DNA of 64,000 bases from Octopus sinensis (GCF_006345805.1 NC_043012.1:52266001-52330000); one strand, 5' to 3'. Counted from the first letter of the stretch, positions 12,210-24,694 are shown. The notes: generated by a model from the sequence alone, not told the origin. Numbers and translations: made by a program.

Positions 12210-12220
12210 TATATATATGC

Positions 12221-12251
<31 letters not shown>

Positions 12252-12472
12252 TGTGTGTATATATATGTGTGTGTGTCGTGTCAGTGTGTGTGTGCATGTG
12301 TGTGTGCGTGTTTGTGTGTACGTGGTGTACATGTGTGTATACAGGCATATATAAAAATTAATTAAAATTTATATGCTTCTTCATATGTTCTCTGCAGATT
12401 TTCAGTTCCATTCACTTGCGCACTTTTACACTGCTATATGTTTGGATTAGAAACGACAGATACACACACACA

Positions 12473-12518
<46 letters not shown>

Positions 12519-14329
12519 ACAAACACTAACATATACACACACATTAACACACATACACACGCACACACTGATACACATTCACAATCATACACACACATAT
12601 ATGCATACAGGGTTAGTACAGAGCAGCCGCATTATTTATTGTCAAAATACTAGGTCAAGTCTATCAATGCTTCTCCTACATATTATTTGATTCCTTCGTT
12701 TGCTTGTTTTTTTTAAATTTCTAAATACGTGTTTCTTTTTATCTTTATTTATAAAGAATAAGACTTTCATTGCAGAGGCCAAAGTAAAACCAATTCTGAT
12801 GGCCTTTGCCGATGACGAAGACGGCTATAAAAGAAAAGAGATGGCGTTGCGAAGGGTGGGTAAAGAAATGCAATGAAGAGAGATGTTTAAAACTATTTGC
12901 AGACACTTAGCTGGCTTGCTGCCATGTGCTGGTCACCTCAGATGAGCGGTCAACAAGACGACATTGATTGACATTGCAATGGGTCTTGAAATGTCAGTCT
13001 ATTAACAAAGTGCTGGCAAGCAGCCACTTCCTCGTTGCTTCGGAAAGAATCAATGTCGCAACTCAAAGACACAAAGGAAAATGGAGAGTGAGCAATATGG
13101 ACGAGATGGTGATTTGCTGAAGGCGTTGATGCTGGTGCTTGCGTCGGTGTTGATGGTTTTTAGTATAGATGGTTAGTATAGATGGTTGTCATAGTGATTG
13201 CGGTGACTGTGATGATATTGCTTGTGGTTTTCTTGATGCAGATGGAGGTTGCAATGGTGATGATAAATGGTTCTGGTGTTGTTTGGTTTAGTATCGTTGC
13301 CGCCGGTGCTGCTTTTGTTGTTTTCCTTAGTTACAGTGGTATTATTAAATATGACGTTTGAAGCTGATATGGTTCCTATCATTTATTATTGGTAACTCTT
13401 GTTGTAGGTATTGTAGTGGTTGTTGTAGTGCTGAGGCTGACAATATTCGGGATGTAATCGTGGTTGTGGTAGAGATGATAATGAACATGAGTAGCGGTTG
13501 TTGCTGATAGACTGTTAAAATGCGTTTAGGCTGAAGAACGGGAGTGAAACGAGTAAGTCTAAAACGTAAAATAAAAGGTTTCATATGGTTTTCTATGATT
13601 AGTTATGACTAAGCAAAGGATGTATCGTTGGAACTGGAACGCGAATTAAATAAGGCAGCAGAATGCTGGCAGCGAGGAGAGGAGAGAGGAAGGAATTTAA
13701 TTAGGGTAAATAAACATATAAGAAATAAACAATAAATGTAGAGTATGTCTAAATAATTTTAAAGAGTGGAAAGGCTCTCTGAAATGTGTGTGTTTATGTG
13801 TGCGTTTACGTATGTGTGTATGTGTGTGCGTGTGTGTGTTTGAGAGAGAGAGAGGGTTATGTGTGTGTGTGTACTTGTGTGTGTTCGTGTGTATGTGTGC
13901 ATCTGAGAGAGAGAGAGAGTGTGTGTGTGTGTGTGTCTGTGTGTGTGCGTGAGAGAGAAAGAGAGAGAGAGAATGGGGGATTGCAAGGTGGTGATTAGAT
14001 GTGGTCGATTGGGATTTTCAATGATGGTAGAGAAAGAGGTTAGGGTGTAAACGGTGATATGTAAGTGAGATGGTAAGTGAACAGGTGAGGCTAGAAATAC
14101 GAGGTTAATCAATAGCCATAGCAATAACAGGTAAGATGTTACGAGGAAGATGTGTAGAAAAGGAAGGATAGCGAGAAGAGAAAAAGAAGGGTAATATACA
14201 GAAAAAATAATAATAAAAGGAGATAAAAGTCCGTGGTCTACTCTGACGAAACCTATAATCACAGGCGATTATAAAGTGACGATCAGTCACTTAACGGTGT
14301 TTCAGTCTACATTATATATAGATTATATA

Positions 14330-14516
14330 AAGGCGGTGAACTGGCAGAAATGTTCTGTCTTTATACTTTCTGAGTTCAAATTCCACCGAAGTCGACTTTA
14401 CTTTCATCCTTTTGGGGTCGATAAATTAAGTATCAGTTGCATACTGGGGTCGATCTAATCGACTGGCCCTCTCTGCAAATATTTCAGACCTTGTTCCTAG
14501 ATTAGAAAAGATTATT
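14330..14516 (+). mobile_element. SINE family A with a short internal deletion, followed by a head fragment
   Basis: AAGGCGGTGAACTGGCAGAA...GAGTTCAAATTCCACCGAAGTCGACTTT...GAAAAGATTATT. Confidence 0.88.
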
Positions 14517-16977
14517 AAGGCGGTGATCCGATCGAATCGTTAGCACATCGATCAAGGAGAGGCTAGTTGCCCATTTACTTAGTTTGAAAATTGTCTAGAC
14601 CCCGTTAGTATTGCGAGGTATTATATATATATATTAAAGCATAACGAGCAAAAAACCTTTAGCCCTTCCTAACCTTCATCAAGCCCCCATCCAGTGGAAT
14701 TGCCTTGCTAAGAATCTGCCACTTTGAAAAGAAAATTCGCTATAAGATTGTAAACTAAAATTGAAAGCAAACGAAAATATAGAAACGTTCATTTTTCATG
14801 CAATTCTGTAATTATTGGAATTTGAATATTTCCGTTTAACAATAGCTATATTTGAATTCAAAAGAATATAACTAAACTCTGTATTTTTAAAGAGACCATC
14901 TAAGAAAATATGGGAAGCGGAAAATACAAGAATGGAAATTTTCTTTATCATATTTTATACATTTCACGCCCACAACGTGTATATTTGAAAATACTAGATT
15001 TAAAATTCAATGTCTACAGTTCAGACTTTCTTCAATCGAAATGTAAAAAAATATGGAGATTAACGCGTTTAGAGGCAAGTCAAAATGCAATACACGTGTT
15101 TCTTCATATGTCCTGAACTGGCTGAACTTCTACACAGAATACAAAGGTTTTCTTGGAAAATGCAGTCAGTACCAAACCATATTGACATGACTTAACCAGG
15201 TATCTCATAAACTGTGAAACAACGTAAAAAAGCAATTTGCAGGGCACGTCTTTAAAGCAAAAGGTATCTTTTGGGATGTCTTCCATTCTGTAGGAACGTT
15301 TTCTAGCTCTCCTATCAAGAGGAATTCCGGATATGAAGTGCGAGGCTTTGGTGTAGTAATGCAGGACAGCTAGTTGTGGGGAGGTGTTGTATAAATGGGA
15401 TAATCATAACAATGTTGATGCGTTAGAAACAATGATGATAATGGTGGCTGAGCAAGGATTATTACGACTAACGCCAAAGGGTGTAGCACAGTTTCTATGC
15501 GATCTTAAAGAAAAAGTGTTTAAAACAAAAGTACGAGAAATATACGTGCGTAAGCATAAAACAACGTTCTGTTAGGAGAGTGATAACACGTGCAAATATT
15601 TGCTGGGATGTTCGTGGAACTACTCTTGCAAGAAGCCATAACTGTTTGAGATATGGGCATGTGTGGCACTTTGCATCAGAGCTTTGTTTGTTTTGTGTTT
15701 CTCTTTAAAATATCTTACTAAATTCATAAAAAAAAATATTTACTGTGTGAGGCGAAAAAGAAAATGCAATATTTGGGTTCTTTCTGGTAGGTTTAACCCA
15801 AGATGTCATAGTTTTTCTTTTGCTTTTTTCTTTTTTCCTTTTTTTTTTGTCTTTTTTTTTTCTATGGTCAATAAAGTACTGAATGAAATTTCCGACTGAA
15901 ATCGGTATGTTTGACATATATATTCAAATATACGAGTCGTAGTTGCAGAAAGGCGAACACCAGCGGATATTAAACAGGTAATATTATATTTGGTACCCAA
16001 TATTGTCACAAGACCAGTAGAAAATCACTTTATTGTTAAGGCTATTTTAACTGCATGGACAACAATGCCTTGTATGGGTACTTTATTCAGTAGTTTCTAA
16101 AGCTTCTCAAACTGATTCGACGACTATGAAAATATGCGCAAGTAGAGGTGAACTTCTAAAAGTAGGATTTGGAACTCGGTCTGCACAACATAGTAGGTAA
16201 GAAGGAAAGAAATGTGGGATGTATTTAGGAGACAATTTACAGTTAAGATATTTAGCACAATGAAGAAAATAGATGTAGGATAATAGCGGAGCTTAGACAA
16301 TTTTTAGTGCAGCAATTTGCTCGTTAGCTCAAGAGCCCTTTCTCGTGCAGATTCTGAATCCATGTAAGTAGTATTCAAAGGCCTACTCAAAAATAAATAT
16401 TTTAGATTATTACTAATACACGCATAAATGCACATTCACACAAGCATACAGAAATAACTCTCTATCTCTATCTTCCCATCGCCAATCTTTCTCTGTAATT
16501 ATCTCTTACTTCCGTACTTCGCAGTACACGCAATCTTTTGGCAGAAACACGTCTACAATACTCTTACTTGCTTCATATGATTGATTTGTCTTTTAATAAA
16601 CATCGCACAGTTTGTCGCTGCATATTAAATGTACTTTTAACATCTAAATCTTTTAATCACATAGACACACATACACGCATAAACACATACACACATATAC
16701 AAGCACATATGCACACTCATACATACACGTACAAACACACATACACTCATAGACACACACATACACATATTCATATATACATAATCATCTGTTACCGAGA
16801 ACATTCATGATATTTATTTTTTATATACGGCCGGATAATACGTATATTTTAAGTTTCGTTTTAGCGTATCTGTATGTACTATCGTTATATATGTTTCTTT
16901 ATGCGGCTATATATAGTCCAGATGTGCTATTACTAACATCAGCTTAATTTCTCCAAACAATCTATATGTGTGTATAT

Positions 16978-17011
<34 letters not shown>

Positions 17012-17013
<2 letters not shown>

Positions 17014-17200
17014 CAGTTCAACTTTACAGAAAATAAAAGACAGGGAGAGGTGATGGAACAACAAGTAGGTTTATTAGTTAGAAGCTCGGGGTGAATGAAA
17101 AATATCAATTCTTTGATATTTCGAGCCTATGCTCTTTGCCAGAAGGGTATGAGAGGAAACAAATGAAGAGAGAAAGAAAAGCAGAGGGAAAGAAAACAAA
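17012..17200 (-). mobile_element. Degenerate HHR-bearing repeat, related to 31397-31580 and 62122-62181
   Basis: Minus strand 17146-17110: CCCTT CTGGCAA AGAGC ATAG GCTC GAAA TATC AAAGA, an HHR scaffold with a mutated core; the downstream tail resembles 31500-31580. Confidence 0.65.
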
Positions 17201-17932
17201 ATGTATAGGGATTACCGGTTTAACATAATGAGATAACCGGAAGATAGAGGCTGAGTGTAAGGGAGAGAATAATGCTGCGCAAGTGCATGTGGGTACGTGG
17301 GCGTAGTGTAAGTATGTGTGAATGGAGGCGAGCGCATATGAATGTATGGGAGAGTTTAAGATTATTCGAGCTTGTGTTTGCGTGTTGGAGCGTGTGTATA
17401 AGTAAATCAGTGTGCGTGTTGTGTGGAATGACGTGTGTTGTGTGTACGCGTATGTATGAGTATGTGTATGGATGTGTGTATATGTGTATGAAACTGTATA
17501 TAGTAAGTGTCTGAGGCTATCGGGTGAGTGTGCGTGCGTTCGTGCTTGCTTATGTACAAATGCTTGCATGTAGCAATTGATATGTGCTTATTCGAGTAGT
17601 GCAAGCACGTGTGTTAATGTGTATTAGAACATGCAGGATGGGTGCGGCCCTAAAATCCCATTTTAGAATGGATAAACAAATTCGATAGATTGCTTTGGTC
17701 CTGTAGTAGAATGCTTGTCATGTTTATCGCAAGTGTGGGTTCGTGTCCCACGGACAGCATTTGACTTTTTCTTAACGCTATTGTTCATAATTTTCTGCTT
17801 TGAGATTCACCGTTCAAAAAACATATTTGACTTTCACGAAGTTACGAAATCCTCATTACGTCAACAATTTATCCCTTTCTTTCTCTCTCTTTCTCCCCCC
17901 TCTCCCTCTCTCTCTCCCTCAATATATATATA

Positions 17933-18057
<125 letters not shown>

Positions 18058-19179
18058 TGCTAAAGTATGTGTGTGTGTTTGTGTCTGTCTGTGGATGTAT
18101 ATATGTATACTGAAATATATGCAGAAATATATACATGTGTGTATGTAGGTATGTATATATTCATGGGTTAGGTTTAAGAATTTTTATTTTTAACTCATCG
18201 TTTCGACGCTCTCAAACACTTCACCATAGTTCCATTAGACAATGACTTGTCAAAATTTGGTATATTAAATTTTATTTCAGTAATAATTAGACATTGTATT
18301 GAAATCTATGGTAGCTCAGTTGATTGAATTTCCAGTTAGCGCTGCACGCACTGCCTCCTTGACAGTCCGAACAATATGTGATTTCCTCTCTAAGACAATA
18401 AATGTTCTGATGTTTCTGACTTCGATGCTCTCTCTTTTGATCGAGACTTTCGATGTTCAGGAAAATGCTGGTATTTATAGATTGTATAACATCCCAATTG
18501 CATAGGAAGTTATGAATGCAGTACTTCAATACTTGGGTAGATGTTACTTTTATGACGAATCTTCAGACATTAGTTTTAGTTGTCTTGAATCGAAAGAAAT
18601 CGATATTACCAATGCTAAACTCTAACTCGTTGTTGCAACAATTTAACCCGCGGCCTTCTCTGATTAAGCATGCCTATTGTAAAAGACATTCCAGCGGTTA
18701 ACATCTGGCCCTCCTCCCCACGTATAATGCTTACTAGCCCTCAATAAGCGTTGCATCTGTTTTACAACTTGGTTTTAAGCACACATCAGGAAAGTGTATA
18801 CTTCGGGGAGATATTGGTTACCGTTTCGAACACGTTGAAAAAATTCCGCAGAGATGATTCAACGGTCTCTTTAATCCTCTCACTTGTTTTGTATAACCTC
18901 AGCCCATTATAATCTATAATGAAAGGCAAAGTGCGTTGTAAAAGAGTTCGTTTGGCAACCACGAAATTTTGGGTTCAGTTCCACTATGTGACTACTTCAT
19001 GTGTATGTGGTAAACAGAAACTTTGTGGAAGCTTGTCGTCTATACACACACGTGTGTATGTGTGTGTATGCGCGCGTGCGCCTGTGTGCATCTGTGTGTG
19101 TGCGTCTATGCGTGTGTTTGTGTGCACACGCGTGTGTTTCTTATTTCTTTATTGCCCAGAATGGGCTAAACACAGAGAC

Positions 19180-19548
19180 GACAAACAAGGACAGACAAAC
19201 GGATTAAGTCGATTACATCGACCCCAGTGCGTAGCTGGTACTTAATTTCTCGACCACCGAAAAGCTGACCTTGGTGGAATTTGAACTCAGAACGTAAAGA
19301 CAGACGAAATACCTATTTCTTTATTACCCACAAGGGGCTGAACATAGAGGGGACAAACAAGGATAGACATAGGTATTAAGTCGATTACATCGACCCCAGT
19401 GCGTAACTGGTACTTAATTTATCGACCCCGAAAGGATGAAAGGCAAAGTCGACCTCGGCGGAATTTGAACTCACAACGTAACGGCAGACAAAATACCGCT
19501 AAGCATTTCGCCCGGTGTGCTAACGTTTCTGCCAACTCTCCGCCTTGT
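19180..19548 (-). mobile_element. Two tandem SINE family A variant copies
   Basis: GATTACATCGACCCCAGTGCG..ACTGGTACTTAATTT.TCGACC occurs twice; the head GGCGGAGAGTTGGCAGAAACGTTAGCAC is on the minus strand. Confidence 0.9.
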
Positions 19549-20665
19549 CCCTGTTTCTCTTACTATTTGTATGTAACCTATGATAACTGACATTATTTTC
19601 GTCGTCACCAAGCGAACATTTCCTATACTACTAACTACGTGGGACAAATTATCCATTTCATAGCTCAGCCGGTTCTCATGTGTGTGTTCTTTGTTTCTGC
19701 CCGTCTACAACTTGGCGTGACCCAGCATGACCGCAATCCAGTGTCTGAAACAAGCAAAAGATAAAAATGCGTGCAACTACAGTATTTAATAAGCCCTTTA
19801 AATGTTTAGAATAGTAAGATCTAATTTGAAGGAAAATTAACTGCTATTGACCATGCATAAGGTCCGTCTTTGGTTTGAAGTCGCTCTTACCATAATGGAA
19901 TTTGAAATCTGATTGCTACCACTGTATTTGTCTACCAACGATTGTAGACACAATAAAAAACATAAATACTTACTGCGTTGTATACTACCAGAACAATTCT
20001 CTTCTTTTAATGGATACGTAGGAAAATTCGTTGATCTTTTCAAACACAGCAGTTGTGGTCAATGACTCTATAACACTGTCTGGAGTTCATTTTTTTTTTC
20101 TATTAGTGAAAATTATAAACGATAAGACATTACGTTAACTGTATATTTTCTAGTTAACTTAAGTGTTGAGCGCTGAAATTTTGGTTATCTAATATTTGTT
20201 TTCTTCTTGGAAATAGCCAGCCGTTGTTTTTATTGAATGTTCACACAGACTTTTGGAGAAATGACCAGCCTTGTCAATTAATAAGACAGAACACAAGTTT
20301 AATGGCTAGCAGTTCCTTTCCTGATACTGGAGCTACGCTGCGAACATCAGCCAATCCTAAAAGTAACTGCTTCTTAGTTTACGCTGATTTAAGTATCGTA
20401 CGGTATGATTGTTGATGTTGTTGTTTTACACCTTGATACATTTAATGGAGTAGAGCTATAATAATTAACATTATTATCGTCGCCACCAAGAGAACATTTC
20501 CTACACTTCTAACTACGTGGGACAATTTATCCATTTCATAACACAACCGGTTCTAATTTGACTGTGATTTCAAGCATTTTGACCAACAGGATGGCAGCTC
20601 AATCTCTTATTCACAAGTGTAGGTGGATGTAGACAGGGAAAAAGAAAGCAATGTCTCCTCAAATT

Positions 20666-20878
20666 AAGGCGGCGAGCTGACAGATTCGTTACCACGCCGG
20701 GTAAAATACTTAGCAAAATTTCGTCTGTCTTTATGTTCTGGGTTAAAATTCCGCCGAGGTTCACTTTGCTTTTCATCATTTCGGAGTCAATAAAATAAGT
20801 GTCAGGTGTGAAACTGGGGTTGATGTAATCGACTAAACGCGTCTTCCCGAATAGCTGGCCTTGTGCTAGAATTTGAAG
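20666..20878 (+). mobile_element. SINE family A
   Basis: AAGGCGGCGAGCTGACAGATTCGTTACCACGCCGGG...AAATTCCGCCGAGG...GGCCTTGTGCTAGA. Confidence 0.88.
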
Positions 20879-21044
20879 CCCATATTTCCTTAATTTCAGA
20901 GCAACTAAATGCCTCCAGTATGTGAGGATAAAAAAACAAATAGTGGGTGCCATTCATGCTATTTGTAAGTTATCAACAAGTATTATCTACATTATTTACA
21001 TTATTTACATTTGACGGATATTTGTCCTCATCTTGTTTGTTGTT

Positions 21045-21090
21045 AACACAACGTTTCGGCTGATACATCTTCCAGCCTTCATCAGGTGTC
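21045..21090 (-). ncRNA. Minimal type I hammerhead ribozyme, intact core
   Basis: GACAC CTGATGA A GGCTG GAAGATGTAT CAGCC GAAA CGTT GTGTT: helix I GACAC/GTGTT, helix II GGCTG/CAGCC, palindromic helix III ACGT, cleavage triplet GUU. Confidence 0.85.
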
Positions 21091-21172
21091 TTGGGGAAGT
21101 TTCGAACCTGGGTTTCCACTCCTAAGGTATTTTTCTGTTATTATTATTATTACCACTACTCCATATGCCCTT

Positions 21173-21245
21173 GGACATATGGTGTAGTGGTTAAGAGCGC
21201 GGACTATTAACCCAAAGATTCTGACTTTGATTCCAAGCAGTGATC
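21173..21245 (+). promoter_or_regulatory. tRNA-derived SINE head with Pol III A and B boxes
   Basis: A-box-like TGGTGTAGTGG and B-box-like GACTTTGATTCC (GAGTTTGATTCC in the 38536 copy); the AAGATTC segment resembles the tRNA-Arg variable region. Confidence 0.75.
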
Positions 21246-21337
21246 TGAATAATAATATTATTATTATTAGTAGTAGTAGTAGTATTAATATGGAAAAATA
21301 CTTTAGGAATGAGAACCTAGGTTCGAAATTTCCCCAA

Positions 21338-21383
21338 GGCACCTGATGAAGGCTGGAGGGTATATCAGCCGAAACGTTACGTT
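21338..21383 (+). ncRNA. Type I HHR copy with intact core but disrupted helix I
   Basis: GGCAC CTGATGA A GGCTG GAGGGTATAT CAGCC GAAA CGTT ACGTT; GTGTT>ACGTT breaks the two helix I pairs next to the core. Confidence 0.7.
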
Positions 21384-21861
21384 AACAACAAACAAGATGA
21401 GGACAACTATTCATCAAATGTAAATAATGTAAATAATGTACTTAATTCCTCAGCTCTTGAATATAGAACCGTATTAAGTATTATCTAGTTCATAACAAAT
21501 AGAACGTATCACCCACTAATGAATGATTTACGTTATAAATAATCATGTAACTAACTTGATCATCAAAAACAAATTTCAGTTGTGATAATATTGGCAAAAT
21601 TGCATCTGGGTAGTTTAATAAAATGAGACATATCACGTTCGTATTGATTTATTTATATCCAAGGTGCTTAACTTAAGCCGTATAATCTGCCTAACTCAAC
21701 AAATAAACATTAACATTCAGCCGATCCTGGCAACAAGGGAGGGAACGACGATAAGATTTTGCTGATCGCTCTATTAATGTATTTTAACTGAATAGAGGGT
21801 TCTGCAAAATGTTTGTTTTTCCCCCCTTTTTTTTTCATTTTTGCTCTTTGTAGTTCTCCAG

Positions 21862-22065
21862 TTGTGTCAGTCGTAAGACTGCGGTCATTCTGGAGCGCTG
21901 CCTTAAAGAATTTTTAGTCGAATGAATCGACCACAGCATTTTTTATGTTTATGTCTGGTACTTATTCTTTAACTCACTTTGCCGAATCGAAAAATTACGG
22001 GGACTCAAACACACGAACACCAGTTGTCAAGCAGTAGTGGAGGGCAAACGCAGAAAGACACACAC
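21862..22065 (-). mobile_element. 3' part of SINE family B
   Basis: GACTGCGGTCATTCTGGAGCGCTGCCTTAA...CTTATTCT...TTTGCCGAATC...CAGTTGTCAAGC is the reverse complement of the family B tail. Confidence 0.7.
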
Positions 22066-22490
22066 GCAGACAAACACATAGACAAAAGGAAAGACTAACA
22101 CACATACATACATGCATACATACATACCTACTTACATACATACATACATACTAACATACATACATACTTACATACATACATACATACATACTAACATACA
22201 TACATAGCTGAAGGATTAAAATTAATCAAAGGACATACTAAGTATGTCTACCTGTTGGAAACAACAGTCAAAACTCTTATTCAAAATCGCCAGAATACAC
22301 TGATAATAACTGCAGAAATCAACCGTCCAAAGGTAAACGGGCTAAGACAATCTCCCAACGTACATTCAAGTATCTGGTCTGATGTGGGGCGGTTTCTGTA
22401 CTGGTAAAAATAGCCAATGATATCCTCGCAAATTATTTTTTCCTGAATTATTTTTTCTCGTGAATTATTTGCTCTATATTGAAATACATA

Positions 22491-22535
<45 letters not shown>

Positions 22536-22540
22536 ATATA

Positions 22541-22779
22541 TGTGTAGGTCCCGAGTTGAGTCGGGGTTAACCACAGTAAATAAGGTACTCAATACATAGC
22601 AGAGTAAATTAATTTATTTTATAGAAGGAGCTTCTACAGGACTAGAACTGTTTCATTCAAATGAAATCATCAGGAAGCTTGCTGTCAAAATAAGAACTTA
22701 TTTTGACAGCAAGCTTCCAGATGACTTCATTTGAATGAAACAGTTCTAGTCCTGTAGAAGCTCCTTCTATAAAATAAAT
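22541..22779. mobile_element. Foldback element in (TA)n: 83-bp arms (22612-22694 / 22697-22779), each carrying an HHR motif
   Basis: Arms are reverse complements with 2 mismatches and a 2-nt loop; (TA)n lies on both outer sides. Confidence 0.9.
22629..22679 (-). ncRNA. Type I hammerhead ribozyme candidate
   Basis: AGCTTC CTGATGA T TTC ATTT GAA T GAA ACAG TTCTAGTC CTGT A GAAGCT: 6-bp helix I, 4-bp helix III, GUA cleavage site; helix II is short and closed by a U.U mismatch. The mirror copy at 22712-22762 (+) has the core mutated to CAGATGA. Confidence 0.72.
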
Positions 22780-22799
22780 ATATATATATTTGCGGCAGG

Positions 22800-22968
22800 C
22801 TTGTTTCATTTTCCAATTCCCAAATCCAGCCACAAGGCTTTGCTTGGCCCAAGGTGCCACGCAAGACACTTGACCATGGACAAGACTCTTGCCCATGGTG
22901 CCACGCAGTAGGACTCAACCCAGAAGCACGTGGTTGGGAAGGAAGCTTCTCAGCACACAGCCACTCTT
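22800..22968 (-). mobile_element. 5' part of SINE family B
   Basis: Reverse complement of AGAGTGGCTGTGTGCTGAGAAGCTT...CCAACCACGTG..TGGGTTGAGTCCTACTGCGTGGCACC...CCAAGCAAAGCCTTGTGG. Confidence 0.75.
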
Positions 22969-24694
22969 GAGAAAAAGACTATATCTACAATCGCTGAGCC
23001 TACAAGCATAATCCATGGATGTCCAGTCATGCAAAACTTATATTTCAAAATATCTTCAAAAACTAACGGTGTTTTTATTGTAATGGCGTTGTTTTTTTTT
23101 TACCCAAATGGTGATTATCATCATCATACCGCATGCATTACAGGTTAAAATGTTTCTCCAGGTAATGTTCGTTTCAAAAAATCAAATCATTTTATTCCAC
23201 CTGCTGTAAAGGTCGCTACATAGTCAACGTTATCGCAATATCCCTTTCACAACAGAACCAGACTTTTTGTCATTTCCATGCAGCAGAATAGCTGGCATTA
23301 TGAAAACTAATAAAAGCCGCGGTTAGTGGTTAAACGTTCCATATGGTGTAATATTAACTGTGTTTCTTTCGGGTTAGAATTAAAATCTTCCGAAATTCAC
23401 AAAAAGACTTCATAGGTTTTCTATTCTAGGGTCGATAAAATAATTAGTTATACTACCCCGAAGTCAATAAAATCGACAAAATCGACTATTTCAGAAATGG
23501 GTCAGGTATGTGCCAATGAAGAAATGTTAATAATTATAGAAATGCTTATTTAGTTGAGACTAGACAATATCTGAAGTTGCACACGATTTATGTCAGTAAA
23601 CTTTTCACAAATCAGAGAAGATGCTGGCTACATTACGTTGCCTGATAATAAAGACGTTTAAAAAACAATATAACAAATAGTAAATCTCTAACTATCTAAC
23701 TAAAGAGAGATGTACATTCATAAAACATAAGGTAAAGTAATATTTTTTAAAAACAAACCAAATAAATAGAACTGGTCTTTTTTTTTTATTATCAATATGA
23801 GAGATGTTACTGGGAAAGAATAATGTTGAATATTGCAAGAAATAATAGGAAATCTATTAGATTGACATATTGGAATAAACGAAAAAATAAAAAATGCTTC
23901 AGACGTTTTGAGAATTAGCAAATAAAGAGCAGAAGAAGAAAAAACACAGAACTGCTCTAAAGAATTGTATGAATGAAAATATAAGTAAATAAATACATAG
24001 AAAGGCAGACATAACATCATATAAAAAACACCAGAGGATTATGGGATGTCACATCTAAGTGTTCTGATTCAAAATTGGTGAAATTAACCTTGTTATGTTA
24101 AAGTATATATCACTAACGGATTAAAGTATTTTTGTTAGTATTTGATGTTTGGTCAAAATTCTTTCTGACATTTTCCAAAATATAATCTAATTTGTTTGTA
24201 TTTTTCTTAATTTCAGTAATATTCTTCCCATATATACATTTTTTTTCATCCCTGCTATGAATAGCTGACATTTTGCAAGAAAACAAGATCTATAAAATCT
24301 GTATTAGACACAAGGAACACTAATGAAAGATCTAATTAAACTGATTGTATGAATTTCAAATAACTGATTGCCACATGATTAGCATAGTATTAGCATATTA
24401 TTGATTAACAAATAAAGAAATTAGTAAATTTTATTGAACTTTCGCTTTTGATTTCTAACATTTATATCGATAGAAGAACACGAAATTTCAAGTAACTTTG
24501 CATTTTTATAAAGTATAGAGTCAATCTCGTTCTATCAAAGGAATATTTGTTAATGGAGCGATATATTTAAGTAGATGTGTAAACTCCTAAACAAAATTTG
24601 TGCATTCATATATATATACATACATACATATATATATGTGTATGTGTATTATATATATATATATATATATACGCACACACACACACCACACACA

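Larger units (their letters stand above)
20990..21475. mobile_element. Head-to-head inverted dimer of a composite tRNA-head / (TAA)n / HHR-tail element with a 12-bp TSD
   Basis: The left arm (20990-21169, minus) and right arm (21173-21475, plus) share the tail GAAAAATAC.TTAGGA...CCCCAAG.CACCTGATGAAGGCTGGA...CAGCCGAAACGTT...GATGAGGACAA...AAATGTAAATAATGTAAATAATG. AAGTATTATCTA flanks the unit at 20978-20989 and 21476-21487. Confidence 0.88.

Noticed and set aside
13523-13569. CTGAAGA...GAAAC hammerhead-like string
   Set aside because: Helix II is only 2 bp, and no register gives both a valid NUH site and an adjacent helix I; single copy.
15104-15410. ~100-codon open frame on the minus strand containing RRARKRS
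   Set aside because: No start or splice context, no signal peptide and no recognisable domain; an ORF of this length can occur by chance.
21173-21245. Possible tRNA gene
   Set aside because: No complete cloverleaf or acceptor stem, and it is fused to a repeat body; it is a SINE head.
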